Below the pieces are notes generated by a model, which saw nothing but the letters and a program-made list of their open reading frames with translations, searched no databases and had not been told where the DNA came from. Below, one piece after another: positions 16,664 through 20,000 of a stretch of 20,000 bases of DNA. The position numbers were made by a program, and so were the translations under genes. The stretch lies in sequence record SRR22947725_4056, one strand, 5' to 3'. Position 1 is the stretch's first letter, and each line of letters opens with the position of its first letter.

Positions 16664-17926
16664 ATGACCACAGAGTTACTTCCTAGCGCTCGAGCCCTGT
16701 TGGAGGGCGCAAAAACCGCTTCCCACGCTCTCGCACGTGCCAGCGCACAACTTCGCGATGAAGCCCTTGCCGCCATTGCTGCCAGTCTTGCTTCCCACTC
16801 CCCACAGATAGTTGCTGCTAACTCTGAAGATCTCGCTCGGGGGGCAGCCGAAGGAATGGCAGAAGGACTGCAGGACCGGTTGCGCCTCACTCCCGAACGA
16901 ATCGCTGCCCTGTCCGACGCGGTGACACAGATTCGAGCTTTGCCAGAACCGGTGGGAGATGTGGTTCGAGGAATGACTTTGCCCAACGGGCTGCAAGTTT
17001 CTCAGATTCGGGTGCCCTTTGGAGTGGTGGGAGCCATCTATGAAGCACGCCCCAATGTCACCATCGACATCGCTGCCTTAGCCCTCAAGAGCGGTAATGC
17101 TGTCGTTTTGCGTGGGGGTTCAGCCGCGCAATCCAGCAATGAAGTTTTGGTGTCTCTGATGCAGGAGGCGTTGACGAGCGTGGGTTTGCCACCAGCGGCG
17201 ATTACGTCTGTGGATGAGTTTGGCCGAGAGGGAGCCCAAGCCATGATGAAGGGCAGGGGCCTCATCGACGTTTTGATTCCACGCGGTTCTGCGTCCTTGA
17301 TCGAAACCGTTGTCCAGGAGTCCAGCGTGCCGGTGATCGAGACCGGTTCGGGAGTGGTTCATATTTTTGTCGATGACACGGCAAACCTCGAGAGTGCTGT
17401 GGAGATTATTCACAACGCGAAGGTTCAACGCCCGAGCGTATGTAACGCGGTCGAAACGGTGCTGATTCACAGGGGGATTGCGAAGGCAGTGTTACCTGTG
17501 GTGGCCGAGCGACTCCAGGCATCTGGTGTCGTGATTCATGGTGATGAGGCAGTCTGCGCCATTGTTTCCGGCGCTGTACCAGCGACAGAGGGGGACTGGG
17601 GGAGGGAGTATCTTTCCCTCGATGTGTCGATGGGCGTGGTGGACTCGCTGGATCAGGCACTGGAACATATCGCCCGGTATTCCACTCACCATACGGAAGC
17701 CATCCTGACGGGGAACATGGACCATGCGGAGCGGTTTTTGAAAGAGGTTGACTCGGCCTCGGTGATTGTCAATGCCTCCACCCGCTTTACTGATGGTGGC
17801 GAGTTCGGGTTTGGTGCTGAGGTAGGAATTTCAACCCAGAAGCTTCACGCAAGAGGACCGATGGGGTTGCCCGAGCTGACCAGCACGAAATGGGTTGTTC
17901 GCGGCCAAGGCCAGGTCCGCGCTTAG
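16664..17926 (+). CDS. proA: Gamma-glutamyl phosphate reductase (glutamate-5-semialdehyde dehydrogenase)
   Basis: VPFGVVGAIYEARPNVT, LKSGNAVVLRGG, IPRGSASLI, PSVCNAVET with the catalytic Cys, NASTRFTDGGEFGFGAEVGISTQKLHARGPMGL. The ATG at 16664 lies just after the proB stop. Confidence 0.98.
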   Translation: MTTELLPSARALLEGAKTASHALARASAQLRDEALAAIAASLASHSPQIVAANSEDLARGAAEGMAEGLQDRLRLTPERIAALSDAVTQIRALPEPVGDVVRGMTLPNGLQVSQIRVPFGVVGAIYEARPNVTIDIAALALKSGNAVVLRGGSAAQSSNEVLVSLMQEALTSVGLPPAAITSVDEFGREGAQAMMKGRGLIDVLIPRGSASLIETVVQESSVPVIETGSGVVHIFVDDTANLESAVEIIHNAKVQRPSVCNAVETVLIHRGIAKAVLPVVAERLQASGVVIHGDEAVCAIVSGAVPATEGDWGREYLSLDVSMGVVDSLDQALEHIARYSTHHTEAILTGNMDHAERFLKEVDSASVIVNASTRFTDGGEFGFGAEVGISTQKLHARGPMGLPELTSTKWVVRGQGQVRA

Positions 17927-17941
17927 TTTTGCCAAACCCGG

Positions 17942-17947
17942 TAGATT
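17942..17947 (+). promoter_or_regulatory. Putative -10 element for the small ORF-nadD-hypothetical-rsfS unit
   Basis: ggTAGATT matches TANNNT and lies about 30 nt upstream of the ATG at 17977, with SD-like AAAGGGA between them. Confidence 0.45.
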
Positions 17948-17976
17948 AGGAGCACATTTGAGAAAGGGAAAGCGTA

Positions 17977-18162
17977 ATGGTTGACATGCTGATTGCTTCG
18001 GGAGAAGTTGTCAACGAGCTAATTTTCCCTCCCATCTACTTTGCCCTGATCACCTTGGGTGTCTTTGGTGCGCTCGCCCTCGTCGTTTTCAGCTATCGCG
18101 ATGTCGCAAACCGGCACCGCCACAAAACGCAGGGCCAGACCCCACAGCAGGGCCACCACTAA
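17977..18162 (+). CDS. Small (61 aa) single-TM hypothetical protein
   Basis: SD-like AGAAAGGGA, one hydrophobic helix (IYFALITLGVFGALALVVF) and a basic/His-containing tail. It fills the proA-nadD gap and ends 6 nt before nadD. Confidence 0.75.
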   Translation: MVDMLIASGEVVNELIFPPIYFALITLGVFGALALVVFSYRDVANRHRHKTQGQTPQQGHH

Positions 18163-18168
18163 AGCCTT

Positions 18169-18765
18169 ATGTCGAGCAGTGACCGCCCACGCATTGGGAT
18201 TATGGGCGGCACGTTTGACCCCATTCACCACGGCCACTTGGTGGCAGCCAGCGAAGTCCAGGTTGCCCTTCGCCTGGATGAAGTGATTTTCGTCCCCACG
18301 GGACAACCGGCTGATAAACCACTGGTTTCCCCCGCCGAAGATCGCTATCTCATGGCGGTCATTGCCACCGCCTCAAACCCTCGGTTTCGGGTTAGTCGAG
18401 TTGATATCGACCGTCCCGGCACCACGTATACCGTGGATACCCTCCGAGACATCCGCGCAGGGTTCCCCGATGCTGACCTGTTCTTTATTACCGGAGCGGA
18501 CGCCATTGCTGCTCTCATCGAGTGGAAAGATTCGGAGGCCCTGACTTCGTTGGCCCATTTCGTTGGGGTGTCGAGGCCTGGCCACGAGCTCAGCACCGGC
18601 TCCTTGCCGCCGGACCGAGTCACGGTCTTGGAAGTCCCTGCTCTCTCGATTTCTTCCACAGATTGCCGCGCTCGGGTGAAAGAGGGTAACTCCGTGTGGT
18701 ACTTGGTTCCTGACGGTGTTGTGCAATACATCGCCAAGCACGGCCTGTATCGGGGTGAAGCATGA
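18169..18765 (+). CDS. nadD: Nicotinate-nucleotide adenylyltransferase
   Basis: [35 protein letters not shown] and [14 protein letters not shown]. Confidence 0.97.
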   Translation: MSSSDRPRIGIMGGTFDPIHHGHLVAASEVQVALRLDEVIFVPTGQPADKPLVSPAEDRYLMAVIATASNPRFRVSRVDIDRPGTTYTVDTLRDIRAGFPDADLFFITGADAIAALIEWKDSEALTSLAHFVGVSRPGHELSTGSLPPDRVTVLEVPALSISSTDCRARVKEGNSVWYLVPDGVVQYIAKHGLYRGEA

Positions 18766-19556
18766 CGAACCCCCTCACCGGAGCCCCCTACACCCGGCGC
18801 GAATTACGAGAGCTGGAGCAGCAAGGAAAAACTCCTCCGGTTGCCCCAGCACCCGAACTAGTTGCGGTTGTCGAATCGAGCTCGACACCTCCCACCGAGT
18901 CAGAGCCGGTGAAGCAAGCCCCACCCGCGCTGACTCGGCGAGAAGCGAGACTTCTCCAAGAGCAGGGCATCTCCGCCGCGCCCGTCAGTCATCCCTCGCC
19001 CTCCCCGCTGGTCGAGCTCGTGCAAGCGCAGCCTGCCGTTGCGGTGCCGACACCAGAACCGCTCCCCCCCGTCTTCACTGCTCCCACCCCAGAAAGCGGA
19101 GCGTCCAGCCTGGCCGGCTCTGGGGCCAGTCTCGTTGTCTCCTCTCGAACCCCGGGGGACGTCATGACGACCACGAGTTCGCTGATTCTTCCCGTCACGC
19201 CGATTGTCGATTTGGCGGGACCTCTTGGCAACACCGGTGAAATCGTGACGACAGGGCAAATTGCCCTTCCCGCCAAGGCTGTTTCCCGGGGTACCATCCC
19301 CCTGCGGCTCGAAGACGAAGAACGCGTGGATGCCGAAGTGTTGGATGCTTATGTCGCCGGTGAAATTGGGACGCTGTCACAACCGATCCGGGCTTCTCAG
19401 GCCGTGTCGGGGCGAGGCGACGACAGCGAGTTCTTGCTCATCAAAAGGACCCGCTGGGGGTCAGGCGTCATAGTGACGGTTCTCCTCGCCTCAGCGGTAG
19501 GCCTCGCGGCAGTAACCATGCTTGTGCTGTCGCTCACCACAGGAGCCTTGCTTTAG
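18762..19556 (+). CDS. Hypothetical Pro/Ser-rich protein with a C-terminal transmembrane anchor
   Basis: ATGA overlap with the nadD stop, and its TAG abuts the rsfS ATG. Hydrophobic C-terminus [23 protein letters not shown]. Confidence 0.8.
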   Translation: MTNPLTGAPYTRRELRELEQQGKTPPVAPAPELVAVVESSSTPPTESEPVKQAPPALTRREARLLQEQGISAAPVSHPSPSPLVELVQAQPAVAVPTPEPLPPVFTAPTPESGASSLAGSGASLVVSSRTPGDVMTTTSSLILPVTPIVDLAGPLGNTGEIVTTGQIALPAKAVSRGTIPLRLEDEERVDAEVLDAYVAGEIGTLSQPIRASQAVSGRGDDSEFLLIKRTRWGSGVIVTVLLASAVGLAAVTMLVLSLTTGALL

Positions 19557-19952
19557 ATGGTGGCGAGTAAGCGTGCGGGTGAGTTGGCAGTACTTGCGGC
19601 CCAGGCGGCTAGCGATCGACTTGGTTCGGAGATTCTCGCCCTGGACGTCTCGGAGCACCTCGCTCTCAGCGATGTGTTTGTGGTGTGTAGTGGGCGCAAT
19701 GAACGCATGGTCCAGGCCATCGCCGATGAAGTAGACCGAATGCTGACCGAAGCGGGATCGCCCCCGCTCCGCGAGGAGGGACGAAGCCTCGGACGGTGGG
19801 CGCTCTTGGACTGTGGCGAAATTATCGTGCACATCTTTCACGAAGAAGAACGTCTCTTCTATCAGCTCGAACGGTTGTGGCGAGACTCCCCCGTCATTGA
19901 GCTCCCAGAGTTCGAACCGATTCACGTCACCGAAGCGCACGAGAGCCTGTAG
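19557..19952 (+). CDS. rsfS: Ribosome silencing factor RsfS (Iojap family)
   Basis: ILALDVSE.L.LSDVFVVCSG.NERMVQAIADEV, REEG...GRWALLDCGEIIVHIFHEEERLFYQLERLW.D.P; it lies downstream of nadD as is usual. Confidence 0.96.
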   Translation: MVASKRAGELAVLAAQAASDRLGSEILALDVSEHLALSDVFVVCSGRNERMVQAIADEVDRMLTEAGSPPLREEGRSLGRWALLDCGEIIVHIFHEEERLFYQLERLWRDSPVIELPEFEPIHVTEAHESL

Positions 19953-19958
19953 TAGGCT
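19953..19958 (+). promoter_or_regulatory. Putative -10 element of the tRNA gene
   Basis: TAGGCT matches TANNNT, directly follows the rsfS stop and lies 15 nt before the tRNA 5' end. Confidence 0.55.
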
Positions 19959-19973
19959 GGAGCTTTCCGCTTT

Positions 19974-20000
19974 GGGCCTGTGGCGCAGCTGGTAGCGCAC
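19974..20000 (+). tRNA. tRNA 5' portion, probably tRNA-Ala; truncated by the window end
   Basis: Acceptor 5' strand GGGCCTG, then TG, D-arm GCGC-AGCTGGTA-GCGC and AC. G3 is consistent with the Ala G3:U70 identity element. The anticodon is outside the window, so the identity is inferred. Confidence 0.8.

Noticed and set aside
19974..20000. tRNA as an integration site for a genomic island
   Set aside because: Only the first 27 nt are visible, so it cannot be assessed from this window.

Overview
GC-rich actinobacterial chromosome segment. The gene order and TANNNT-type promoters suggest Microbacteriaceae (inference), and most of it is core housekeeping DNA. On the + strand the order is: a 5'-truncated Opp/Dpp-family ABC transporter operon (binding protein, two permeases, fused double-NBD ATPase), an Ile T-box riboswitch, ileS, folC, a DUF4233-like membrane protein and ndk. 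A convergent VKOR-family gene follows on the - strand. The + strand then resumes with rne (RNase E/G), rplU, rpmA, obgE, proB, proA, a small membrane protein, nadD, a hypothetical tail-anchored protein, rsfS and the first 27 nt of a tRNA (probably Ala). I found no mobile element, CRISPR array or clearly new multi-gene system. The most unusual part is the VKOR-rne intergenic region. It holds a diverged 110-bp-period tandem duplication of the VKOR promoter and 5' end, which creates an unannotated 37-codon upstream ORF whose stop overlaps the VKOR start. Next to it is a ~175-nt rne leader with five consecutive hairpins. All calls come from reading motifs by eye; no database searches were run.
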